Below, piece by piece: positions 8,900-18,177 of a DNA stretch of 32,000 bases. The translations under genes were made by a program, and so were the position numbers. The stretch lies in contig JAWAHN010000003.1 in assembly GCA_038889235.1 (NCBI GenBank), forward strand, positions 8,063 to 40,062. The letters are read 5' to 3'. The notes below the pieces were generated by a model. That model was not told the DNA's origin, searched no databases, and saw nothing but the letters and a program-made list of their open reading frames with translations. Numbering within the stretch: position 1 is the first letter of the stretch; each line of letters opens with the position of its first letter. This DNA is from Candidatus Jordarchaeales archaeon (GTDB taxonomy: Archaea; Asgardarchaeota; Jordiarchaeia; Jordiarchaeales; Freyrarchaeaceae).

Positions 8900-10426
8900 T
8901 TATATTGTTATGGTTTGCGATGCTAGTAGTGTGATTAGCTGTTCTGGCGTTATTGTGTTCCATCCGAGTATTATGGTGAACATGTAGATCAGTGCTACTC
9001 CGACCAGTATAGATGAGACCATTATGGGGACGCTGTGTTTCATGAATGTTGTCCACGAGATTGGCTTGCCTTCTCTGCTGAGTATGGATAGGGCGAGTAT
9101 TACCGTGGTCTCCCCTACCGGAGTGAGTATTGAGCCTAACTTGGTGCCGTATAGCAGGGCCCAAGCTATAGCCTTCTCTGATACGAGGGCGCTGAGGGCG
9201 GCAACTGGTATCATGTGAAGCAGAGTCACGGCTACGGCGACGTCCTCTAGGACTCCTGACAGCACAGATGATAATGTTATCGTGAGGGATACTAACATCA
9301 GGGCGTTTCCCTGTGATATCGCACCTAACGCTTCCCCCGCCGCTCCCAGGATCCCGGTGCTGTATACTCCTCCAACGACTATGAATATCCCTATTAGGAA
9401 CAATAGGAGCTCCCAGTCGACCTCCATTATCGCTTTTCTGGGGTCGATGTTCCCCAATAACAGGAAGGCTACTGCAAATACGAGCATGACGATGTATATT
9501 TGAACTCCTAGGGGGCTAGCGATTATCAATCCTACTATCATTAGTATTAGGAGAATTATGGTTCTCTTGAAGACTGCCTTATCTTCTATTAGACTGGACT
9601 CGTCGAGCGACATGATGCGCACTCTCAAGGTTTCAAACTCCGCGTTTTCTGGTTTCGCAATAGATTCCCTAAACGACCTCTGGACTAGGAACATGGATAT
9701 GGCTGAGCAAGCTAATGCGAACGGTGTTCCTAGTAACAGGAAGCCAGTGTAGTCTAGGAGGTATGACGGGTTCATCTGGTAGTGTGACGCGATTACTATG
9801 TTGGCCGTTGTGCCTATGAGTGTTGACATCGCAGCGTAGTTGTTCACGAAGAGCTCCCCCAGAATGTATGGCCGGGGGTCTATTCCAAGGGAACGGGTGA
9901 GCGTGACAGTTAAAGATACGATGACTATGAACGCGGGAATTAAGCCCATTGCCAATGTTAAAAGGTAAGTGAGGGCGCAGAAATATACGAAGAGAACCTT
10001 TGGGTCCCCTCCCCCCCTCTTGATGACCTTGACCACTATGTACTCGAATAAACCCGACCTGGAGACCGTCGAGGAGACTATGAGCAGTGCTATCACTATC
10101 ATTATTGTCTGCCAGTCTACCATCTCGGTGAGAACTTGCTCGCTTGTGAAGAGCAGGGGCTTCATAGTCGGGTACCTGCCTTGTGCTACGTCAAGCACGG
10201 CGCCGGTGAGGGGAACCCAGCTGAAAACCGTTTCAAAGTACTTGCCGGCGAGTATTGTTGCAGCAGCTCCGCACAGGGCGGCTAAGGCCTTGTTAACTTT
10301 TTCAGTGGCAAGCAGGATGAGCGTGATGGCGAATATTGCTATGAAAACGACGTAGACGAAGGCAGGAGGGGTGTAAATCCACTTTTCTAAAAACTCTGCA
10401 AAGTAGCTCTGCACTAACCCTTGCAT
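8900..10426 (-). CDS. ArsB/NhaD (IT superfamily) secondary transporter with divergent signature motifs
   Basis: About 12 hydrophobic helices; KVNKALAALCGA, VDWQTI, SGLFEY, STLIGTTANI, VDWELLLFLIGIFIVVGG; likely ATG at 10426 (track start 10579). Confidence 0.85.
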   Translation of the reverse strand: MQGLVQSYFAEFLEKWIYTPPAFVYVVFIAIFAITLILLATEKVNKALAALCGAAATILAGKYFETVFSWVPLTGAVLDVAQGRYPTMKPLLFTSEQVLTEMVDWQTIMIVIALLIVSSTVSRSGLFEYIVVKVIKRGGGDPKVLFVYFCALTYLLTLAMGLIPAFIVIVSLTVTLTRSLGIDPRPYILGELFVNNYAAMSTLIGTTANIVIASHYQMNPSYLLDYTGFLLLGTPFALACSAISMFLVQRSFRESIAKPENAEFETLRVRIMSLDESSLIEDKAVFKRTIILLILMIVGLIIASPLGVQIYIVMLVFAVAFLLLGNIDPRKAIMEVDWELLLFLIGIFIVVGGVYSTGILGAAGEALGAISQGNALMLVSLTITLSSVLSGVLEDVAVAVTLLHMIPVAALSALVSEKAIAWALLYGTKLGSILTPVGETTVILALSILSREGKPISWTTFMKHSVPIMVSSILVGVALIYMFTIILGWNTITPEQLITLLASQTITI

Positions 10427-10642
10427 AGCCAAAACTTTCTCCTCCAGCGGTATATTTCTCGCGCTCCGAACGCCTCTGTCGTTAAAACTTTCGAAATGAT
10501 TTGCTAAAATCTTTTTCCTTTCCGCTCCCGCTTTCTGGTGAGTTCTCCAATGAGCACACAGCAGCCTGCTTAGGCGCAAAGCACGTTAGGATGTTTTTTG
10601 TAGGCGGCCTCTTTTCCGGCTGGATTTAACTGAACCTTTAGC

Positions 10643-12637
10643 CTACTCGCCTTCCAAACTATACTTAAACTCGCAGAACTCGTCCCCGCATCCCATCCTC
10701 CGCGTTCTCTCGAGGACTATTTTCGGGTTCACTGTTTCAGCCCAGCTCCTGTAAACCGCCTCGCAAACCTCGCCACACATCGCTGGGATGACGTGCCTCC
10801 TCCCGGACTTCACGACCGCCTCGAGCCAGGGGCAAACGTAAACCCTCATTACAGCCTCCCTCTCACTGAGGGAGTGCGTCTCGAACACCCACTTCTCCAT
10901 TCTCCACCTAAGTGAGATGCTCTTCACCAACGCGTCCAGCCCATCTCCCTTGACGTCAAACTCCCTCATTATCCTCTTGGCGAGTATCCTCGCAAACAAT
11001 CTCCAGACACGTGCGTCAAGCTCAGCCGCCTCGCTTAAGCCATACTTTTCCTCAACGCTCATGAACCAAACGCCGTCAATGGCGGCGTAAGCGCCACGAA
11101 AGAACTCGGCCACCCTCTCAGGGGGTATGTACTCAACGCTAGAACGGCCTCCCCCAACACCAGCGTCAACGCTCCCCCCTCCCGAATACGCCTCCACCCT
11201 CCTCCTAAACTCCCGGTACTCCACCATCTTCGCCAGACACCTTGCAGCCCTCGTAGGTGATGTAAAGACAGGAACACCTGCTTCAGCCATCATTTTAAGC
11301 AACTTCTCATCCCTAGCGACCACGAAAACCGGCTTACTGTGCTTTTTCACCACTCCAGCCACATGGTCAACCATGTTCCTCCTCAGCGAGTTCATGAATG
11401 CCTCAGCCCCTTCCTCGCTGCCGACGATTCGCCTCACCCCTCCGGAAACATCGTAAGCCATGCTTTCCACAATCAACATGTCTACTCCTCCTTCACCTAA
11501 GAGAAGGTCGTAACACCACGCGTAAAGCTCCATGTCCATGCTGGCGGCTAAATCCACGGGGTTTCCACGGCTCCAGTAATAAGGAGCCCTAGCACTAATC
11601 TTCTTCACCACGCTCTCCGGCAACTGAACCAACTCTAACCCGTGCTCCTCGCACGCGTCAGCGGCCAGAACACCCCACCCTCCACCACCCGTCACCACAC
11701 CTATCCTTCGCCCCTCAGGCAGCGGGCTCAGGGAGAACGCGACAGCCAGGTCTATCAGCTCCTCACAGTCGGATGCAAGGATAATCCCCGTCTGCTTCGC
11801 CACACCTTTGAAAACCTGGAGCGAGCCCGCAACTGAGGCCGTGTGGGAGCGCGCAGCCCTAGCCCCAGCCCTAGTCCTACCCCCCTTAAGGCATATGAGT
11901 GGCTTCTTCTCCGCCACCTTCCTCGCAACTTCCATAAACCTCCTTCCGTCCCTAACCCCTTCCATGAAAACTGCGACAACCTTTGTCTCTGGGTCATGGG
12001 CGAAGAATTCAAGGTAGTCTTCTAACCTCACCTGTGCCTCGTTTCCGCTACTAACGAACCTAGCCACCCCACTTCCACGTTGCGACAGCGAGTCCATGAG
12101 CATCATGCCTACTGTTCCACTCTGGCTCACGATCGAAACACTCCCCTTGCGCGGGAAAAGCGGGTTCATGAGGGCGTGAAGGTTGCTAGATGCGCTGTAA
12201 ACTCCCATGCAGTTTGGCCCGACGAGGCTCATGCCGCTTTCATTGCATATCTTCACGAGTTCCTCCTGCATGCGCTCCCCTTCGCCGCCAATCTCCCTGA
12301 AGCCAGCTGTTATGACCACACACCAGTTCACACCTTTCTCGGCGCACTCCCTAACAGAGTTTACGACGCTCTTAGCCGGAACCGCTACTATTGCTAGGTC
12401 GACGTCGCCGGGAACCTGTTTAATACTATGATACGCCTTAAATCCTAAGACGCTCTCAGTGCTCGGATTCACGGGGTAAACATCTCCCTTAAAGCCCCCT
12501 GTCACAATGGTGGAAAACAAGATCATGCCTATTTTTCCCGGCGTATTGGAAGCACCGATAACAGCCACGCTTCTAGGGTTGAAGAGCCGCTCCCATTTGA
12601 GCTCGCGCCCGCTCATTACGACCACCATACCGCACAT
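10643..12637 (-). CDS. NDP-forming acyl-CoA synthetase alpha subunit fused to a C-terminal DUF6125/ATC-hydrolase-like (V4R/HNOX clan) domain
   Basis: FNPRSVAVIGAS, YPVNP, GPNCMG, SQSG, SSGNE, ARSHTASVAGS (phospho-His), TGGGGWGVLAAD, NPVDL; Gly-rich linker; then AIDGVWFMSVEEKYG...CPW...C...C...CGDEFCEF. True start may be ATG 12628 or 12616. Confidence 0.85.
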   Translation of the reverse strand: MCGMVVVMSGRELKWERLFNPRSVAVIGASNTPGKIGMILFSTIVTGGFKGDVYPVNPSTESVLGFKAYHSIKQVPGDVDLAIVAVPAKSVVNSVRECAEKGVNWCVVITAGFREIGGEGERMQEELVKICNESGMSLVGPNCMGVYSASSNLHALMNPLFPRKGSVSIVSQSGTVGMMLMDSLSQRGSGVARFVSSGNEAQVRLEDYLEFFAHDPETKVVAVFMEGVRDGRRFMEVARKVAEKKPLICLKGGRTRAGARAARSHTASVAGSLQVFKGVAKQTGIILASDCEELIDLAVAFSLSPLPEGRRIGVVTGGGGWGVLAADACEEHGLELVQLPESVVKKISARAPYYWSRGNPVDLAASMDMELYAWCYDLLLGEGGVDMLIVESMAYDVSGGVRRIVGSEEGAEAFMNSLRRNMVDHVAGVVKKHSKPVFVVARDEKLLKMMAEAGVPVFTSPTRAARCLAKMVEYREFRRRVEAYSGGGSVDAGVGGGRSSVEYIPPERVAEFFRGAYAAIDGVWFMSVEEKYGLSEAAELDARVWRLFARILAKRIMREFDVKGDGLDALVKSISLRWRMEKWVFETHSLSEREAVMRVYVCPWLEAVVKSGRRHVIPAMCGEVCEAVYRSWAETVNPKIVLERTRRMGCGDEFCEFKYSLEGE

Positions 12638-13077
12638 GGTAAAAAAAAGAGTTTAATAAGCCGCTCGCTGCCGTCCACGTAACTACCGTTAGAAGAGTTT
12701 CAACACGCTGGAGGGAACGAAAAGGTTCTCTTAAACAAGTGAAACCCGGTTCAAGTGCGAAATGTCGTGGAGGTGAAAACTTCCTTCTGGAAGCAAAAGG
12801 GGCTGTGAGTGCAGCTTTAGTCACAGGTGACTGCAGACGAAACAGTCATCTTTCTAGGAGAAGGCTAATTGGAAGAACAAAGTGGTTAAAGGGCTAGGGG
12901 TAATGTGGTGTAAAATGCTGCCGTGCACCGACTTTCAGCCAATCAATATGCCTGGAGTACAGCTCCAGCGTTGTGGACTGGCATGTTGAAGGGTGCTGCA
13001 GGGAAGAAAGTTTTAATGTTTACCGGTGAAGTATATCTCAAGTTATGATAAAGTTATGAAAGACGGGGTTAGGGAGG

Positions 13078-14277
13078 GTGGCTTCGCCCGGGGATCTAAG
13101 GGAAGTCGATGAGATAAAAAGTAGGATTACGATTGACGGGTGGCGGATCGTCTATTTGGGTATGCGGTACGCTTTCACGGCCCGAGACCTCTTTATGAGA
13201 GTAGCTAAGGAGTTAACCAGCTTTTTGGGTTCGTCTGTCAGGAGCGTCATACTGCAATTTACCTCCCTTTCCGGTCTAACGGAGATGGAGCGCCTGCTTA
13301 AAGTGGGAAATCTGTCTCCTGACGAGGCCCTTGAGAGGTACGCTAGCTTTCTTACAGCGTCAGGGTGGGGGGTAACCAAAGTTGTCGAGTTGGACTTAAG
13401 CAAAAGCGAGTTCGTGTTCAGAGTGCACGACTCCGGTTTTGCGGCATGGCTTAGAGACAACCTGGGGAACGTTGAGGAAGTCTTTCCGTTTTATGACTGC
13501 GGACTGCTAGGCTACCGCTTAGTCGGTGCTACCACAGCGGTTCTAGAAGAATCGGGTGTGAAGGAACCGTTATCCTACGAGGAAGTGGAATGTTTAGCCA
13601 GAGGTGGGCGCTACTGCGAGTTCCACATTAAAAAGAACGAGGAAGCCGCCCCGATACGTAGGCTTGAGGGGGAGATTCCGAGGCCCATGTTTAGCTACGA
13701 CGAAGTGAGAGCGGCCTCGTGCGGCGTTAACCTCTCTAAGAAAAATCCGAGAAGCGTGATCGGCCACTTTGTTAACTCATTAAAGGTGGAAGAAGGCTCA
13801 CTCAGAGTGGGAAGGGAGACAGTCTTCTTCGTGCCGTCATTCCTCCACTCCATCGCATACTGGATGCTGCCCCTCGAAAAGTTCGGTAACTTCATATACA
13901 CGGTATACCGGAAAGCAGTGAACGAGTACGGTAGGACGCTTGCGAAGGAGAGTGAAAAGTACGGGTGTATCGGTGTAACCGAGTTTTTCCTAAACTCGAC
14001 TTCAGCCATGGGGTGGGGGGGAATAGAAGTAGAGGAGTTCAGCGACTCTAGGGTATCCTTCAAGATATACCACTCACTCCTCGGCGAAGACGTTAAGGCG
14101 TATGCGTCGTGGAAGGGCTTAAATCTTCAGCCATCATGCAACCTAATAGGATACGTTGTTGAAGGCATACTAAACTACTTTGCTAGGCAGAAGGGGGAAG
14201 TTTTCACAGCCAGAGAGGATAGATGCATAGCAGCAGGCGACCCACTCTGCAAATTCACGATAGAAAAAGAAAGGTAG
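13078..14277 (+). CDS. Stand-alone tandem V4R (4-vinyl reductase) domain protein
   Basis: Two internal repeats: SGWGVTKV...C...EEVECLARGGRYCEF and MGWGGIEV...C...EDRCIAAGDPLCKF; no HTH or ATPase domain seen. Confidence 0.85.
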   Translation: MASPGDLREVDEIKSRITIDGWRIVYLGMRYAFTARDLFMRVAKELTSFLGSSVRSVILQFTSLSGLTEMERLLKVGNLSPDEALERYASFLTASGWGVTKVVELDLSKSEFVFRVHDSGFAAWLRDNLGNVEEVFPFYDCGLLGYRLVGATTAVLEESGVKEPLSYEEVECLARGGRYCEFHIKKNEEAAPIRRLEGEIPRPMFSYDEVRAASCGVNLSKKNPRSVIGHFVNSLKVEEGSLRVGRETVFFVPSFLHSIAYWMLPLEKFGNFIYTVYRKAVNEYGRTLAKESEKYGCIGVTEFFLNSTSAMGWGGIEVEEFSDSRVSFKIYHSLLGEDVKAYASWKGLNLQPSCNLIGYVVEGILNYFARQKGEVFTAREDRCIAAGDPLCKFTIEKER

Positions 14278-14530
14278 CCTCCACAAGCTCGAACTACAAA
14301 CTTAGCCGCCTAAAAGCCTTCCACGGACACACTGCCCGGAAGGAGTCTAAACGTGCAGTTTCACAACACCGAAACGCTTTATGGAGGCTCAACGGTCCAC
14401 TCACGCTCCCTCTAAGCTCCGCGACGCGAAGAAGCCACTTTTATCCACTCTGCCTTCAGAAATTTCGTCTTCATTGAGATGGGAAAACTATTTTTTATTT
14501 TTCTAGCTTTGGTCTCCACGTGGTGGTGAT

Positions 14531-15247
14531 TTGCTGGGTATTTTTGTTGGGACGAGCGGTTGGGCTTACTTTTGGAACCCTGAAGGAAGCTTCGACTGGT
14601 ATCTTAAGAACAGCGGTTTCAACGCCGTCGAGCTCAACGCAAGCTACTACAGGTTTCCTTTTCCGAGCCAGGTTAGAGGCTGGGCTAAGAAGACTCCTGA
14701 GTGGTTTAGGTGGGCTGTCAAGGTCTCTCGCTTTATAACACACGTGTTCAAATTCGGTGAGCGCGCATACCAAACCTGGCAAAAGTTTAGAAATCTTTTC
14801 GCCCCCCTCGACGAGAAAATCAGCTTTTACCTCTTCCAGCTTCCACCCAACATGAAGCCGACTGAGAAGAACGTTGAGAAAATAGAGCGGTTCGCCGAGG
14901 AGTCGGAACTTGGGCCGCGCTTCGCACTGGAGTGGAGGAACGAGGAGTGGTTTAGCGAGAAGTGGGTTAACTGGGCGCGCAGATTAAACATAACTATAGT
15001 CTCAGTTGACGCCCCCGAACTGCCACGCGACATCATGGTGTCTAATGGAAGAGTCTACCTTAGAATGCATGGCAGGACGGCGTGGTACTCCCACGTCTAT
15101 AGCAGGGAGGAGCTTGAAGAGGTCGCTGAGAGAATAGTTGCCGAGGGACCCGAGCTCGTCTACGTCTTCTTCAACAACGACACGGGAATGCTTCCAAACG
15201 GAAGGGAGATGCTGCAAATACTGAAGCTTAAGCTTGCACCACAATAA
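14531..15247 (+). CDS. DUF72 (YecE-like) protein
   Basis: FVGTSGWAY, FNAVELNASYY, FRWAVKVSRFITH, LFQLPP, ALEWR, YLRMHGR, YVFFNND. Confidence 0.92.
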   Translation: MLGIFVGTSGWAYFWNPEGSFDWYLKNSGFNAVELNASYYRFPFPSQVRGWAKKTPEWFRWAVKVSRFITHVFKFGERAYQTWQKFRNLFAPLDEKISFYLFQLPPNMKPTEKNVEKIERFAEESELGPRFALEWRNEEWFSEKWVNWARRLNITIVSVDAPELPRDIMVSNGRVYLRMHGRTAWYSHVYSREELEEVAERIVAEGPELVYVFFNNDTGMLPNGREMLQILKLKLAPQ

Positions 15248-15369
15248 ACCCTTGAGCACCCTCCAGCGACTGGTAGCATGCTGACCCCGGGGGGGAGACT
15301 TTTCTACCGTAATTTTTAAGATGACTCTTCGATAAGAATAGTTTCAAGGGGTTATCGGAGGGGAGGGCT

Positions 15370-15867
15370 TTGTCGGAGTATGTTGAGGTTATTGTAGACC
15401 ACGATTTGAAGGACGTGACTCCAGAGATGATCGATTGGTGGTGGGACAACATAAATGAGGAAAGGTACAAGCTCTGGCACCCGAAAGACCACAAGGGGTT
15501 CAAGTGGGAGGTTCACCCAAAGGAGAAAGGCCACGTTGGCGCTATACACGTGGCGGAAGAAGACATCGGCGATATGACCGTGACGCTGCGCATACGCTGG
15601 GAGGACCCGAAAAACGTACCTATACCTGTAACTATGAGCCACGCTGTCGCGGCAAGCATAATCGACGAGAACGGAGAACCGATGGCTTGGCTGGTACACC
15701 AGTACGAGGCAACGCCGAATGGGACCAGAATGCGTTCAACGTTCAAGATACCCGCGATACTTTCAGAGTACATCGCTAAAGGGCTCTACAGGCACTGCAA
15801 AGAAGAGATGGGAAACCTGCCAAAATTCCTCCCAAAGTTGTACAAGGAGGAAAAGAAGGAACAGTGA
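15370..15867 (+). CDS. DAPG hydrolase (PhlG)-like START-fold protein
   Basis: VTPEMIDWWW, YKLWHPKDH, EEDIG, GTRMRSTF, LYRHCKEEMGNL. Confidence 0.75.
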   Translation: MSEYVEVIVDHDLKDVTPEMIDWWWDNINEERYKLWHPKDHKGFKWEVHPKEKGHVGAIHVAEEDIGDMTVTLRIRWEDPKNVPIPVTMSHAVAASIIDENGEPMAWLVHQYEATPNGTRMRSTFKIPAILSEYIAKGLYRHCKEEMGNLPKFLPKLYKEEKKEQ

Positions 15868-15940
15868 GTGAGACCTTACCCTTCACCGTCCAACTAATCT
15901 AAACCCAACATTCCCCCTTTAACCATTTTTTGCGTTTCAC

Positions 15941-17149
15941 TCATTTAATTGTCACCAATTGTGTTTTCAACACTCTCGAAACTGCCGGGTCGACTCTCTT
16001 CTCCAGCTTTGTCCTACTAATTTTTTCGAGTAAAGGAATGCTGGCTAGGGTGAGCGCGGCTGCCAATATGAACAGTACCGGGTAGCCGAGGTTTTCCGCC
16101 ACAATACCGCTCAGGAAAGACCCAATTATCGACGATAGAAAGATTGCCGCGTTGTAGACGCCCATCACCCTCCCCCTTCTCCCTTGAGCTAGCTTCATGG
16201 CTGCTGTTGGCCCTGTTACGTTCAGTATGGCCCACGTGAACCCTGAGAGCGCCATGACGACTACAACAAACAAAATTCCGCTCCTATTTCTAACGAGTAG
16301 CGATAAGAGGGTGAACGCCACCATTATGAGCACTCTCCCAGCTGAAGCCCAGGATTGCGCGCGGACGTCATCACCCTTAGAAAGCCGCTCAATCTTGGGG
16401 TATGTTAGAATAGAGGCGATGGTGCTTGTGACGTAAGCTAAAAAGACCTCGCTGCTCGTACCCCTTATACTCACTATGAAGGATGGGAGGAGAGAGTAGC
16501 CGAGGGCTGTAGAGGTGAATATCAGGAACGTCGAAGCCATGTAGAGAGATATTAACTTCTTGTCTTGCGCGCTGCTTTCTGTAACCGCTTCAACATGCTT
16601 CACACCTCCCAACTCTACGGGTCGCTGCCTGAGCACGGCGAAAGCGTAGGCGAAGCTCACTATCGAGAGCATTGCTGACGTCACGAAAAGCTCCCTCCCC
16701 TTAGAAAGGAGGGACCAGAACGCGCCTACAATTAATCCCATAAGCCAACCTAGGTCGCTAATCCTGTTGAACGAGCTAATCTCTTTGCTCCACGACGAGT
16801 GTTTGTTTGTCTCAGCTATCAACAGGGGGGCTGCTATGGCGCATATCGCCGTTGCGAAGCCTGCTATGGCGCTGGCAAGGAAAATGTGGACGACGCGGGA
16901 GGTTGTGTAGAACACCACGCTTGACAGAGCGACCCCAAAGAACCCTACGAGGATGTAGCTCCCTAGAATTCTCGCATTCGAAAACCTACCGGAAACTATG
17001 GATGTGAGGGCGGCAGCAGAGTTGAAGATGGCTACAGCTAAGCCAGCATCTACCAGGCTTCCACCTAGCATGCCTACGTAGACGGGTATCAGTGGAATCG
17101 TGACCGCGCTCGCCACTCTAAACGGGAAATAAGCCTTGTACCACTTCAC
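15941..17149 (-). CDS. Major facilitator superfamily transporter
   Basis: 12 hydrophobic helices in two halves; motif-A-like SGRFSNAR; RGRVMGVYNAAIFLSSIIGSFLSG. Confidence 0.9.
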   Translation of the reverse strand: MKWYKAYFPFRVASAVTIPLIPVYVGMLGGSLVDAGLAVAIFNSAAALTSIVSGRFSNARILGSYILVGFFGVALSSVVFYTTSRVVHIFLASAIAGFATAICAIAAPLLIAETNKHSSWSKEISSFNRISDLGWLMGLIVGAFWSLLSKGRELFVTSAMLSIVSFAYAFAVLRQRPVELGGVKHVEAVTESSAQDKKLISLYMASTFLIFTSTALGYSLLPSFIVSIRGTSSEVFLAYVTSTIASILTYPKIERLSKGDDVRAQSWASAGRVLIMVAFTLLSLLVRNRSGILFVVVVMALSGFTWAILNVTGPTAAMKLAQGRRGRVMGVYNAAIFLSSIIGSFLSGIVAENLGYPVLFILAAALTLASIPLLEKISRTKLEKRVDPAVSRVLKTQLVTIK

Positions 17150-17388
17150 GCTTCATGCCAGCTTACACACCTTCTGTAGCTTTCCGTTAAACTCAGGGAA
17201 ACTATTTAAAGTTAACTCAGCGAGCAATAATGCTTCCAGTAACCCTCCTTCTCAAGCTGGAGACTGCGACTTGGCGAGTGCACTCTTTCCTCTATCACCC
17301 CTTCTGAGGAGCGCGCCGAGAAATACCAGCATGTGCCTCGCTACCCCCTTGGTAACACTTAAATCTCTTCACCTTCGATGTTGGCTGG

Positions 17389-18177
17389 GTGAGCGGCTTG
17401 CACGACTGCGACCTGTCATTCCTAGACATACCTGAGGTTTTGAGGTTCGTCTTTTACCCCCGAAAGGACTTCTCCACATGGCTTGGATCCGTGTGCTTCG
17501 TTGATGTCGGTGGAGGGGTACGCTTAGCGTGCAAGTTCTACTCGTGCGACGAGGGGAGGCCTGCGCTCTTGTACTTTCACGGTAACGGTGAGACTGCGGG
17601 AGACTACGACGAGTTCTCGTGGTTTTTCACAAAGAGGGGCCTGAACCTCTTCGTCGCAGAGTATAGGGGGTACGGGCTGAGCGGGGGGAGCCCCACTATA
17701 ACAAGCCTGCTTCGCGACGCGCACATCGTTTTTGGGAGGTTTAAGAGTGTGGCTTTCGAGGAAAAGTGGGGTGGCATGTTCATCATGGGTCGCTCACTCG
17801 GAAGTATTCCGGCAATCGAGCTGGCATACCACTACCAAGATGAGATAAAAGGGTTGATTGTCGAAAGCGGGATAGCTAACACTTTTACCCTTTTCCTAGA
17901 CTTTTTTGGGATTAAAATTAGTGATGAGCTGAGAGAGCAGCTTGAATCCGTGTCGAACAAGGCGAAAATAAGGAAGATAAAGGCTCCGACACTAATAATA
18001 CACGCCGAAAACGACACATTGATACCAGTAAGCGAAGCCATAGAGCTGTACGAAAACTCCGGCGCGGAAGACAAAGAACTCTTCATAATTCCAGGAGCAG
18101 ACCACAACGACCTGTGGTTCGTTGCAGGTGAAAAGTATTATGATAAAATAAAGGCCTTCGTCGAAGAACACTCCTAA
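17389..18177 (+). CDS. Alpha/beta hydrolase, ABHD13/ABHD17/Bem46-like
   Basis: LYFHGNGE, AEYRGYGLSGGSP, MGRSLGS (Ser), IHAENDTLIP (Asp), GADHND (His). Confidence 0.88.
   Translation: MSGLHDCDLSFLDIPEVLRFVFYPRKDFSTWLGSVCFVDVGGGVRLACKFYSCDEGRPALLYFHGNGETAGDYDEFSWFFTKRGLNLFVAEYRGYGLSGGSPTITSLLRDAHIVFGRFKSVAFEEKWGGMFIMGRSLGSIPAIELAYHYQDEIKGLIVESGIANTFTLFLDFFGIKISDELREQLESVSNKAKIRKIKAPTLIIHAENDTLIPVSEAIELYENSGAEDKELFIIPGADHNDLWFVAGEKYYDKIKAFVEEHS

Noticed and set aside
8757-9164. 135-aa minus-strand ORF
   Set aside because: Overlaps the transporter 3' end in another frame; His/Asn/Thr-rich composition with no motifs
12828-12848. Hammerhead ribozyme suggested by GACGAAAC
   Set aside because: The required CUGANGA core is absent
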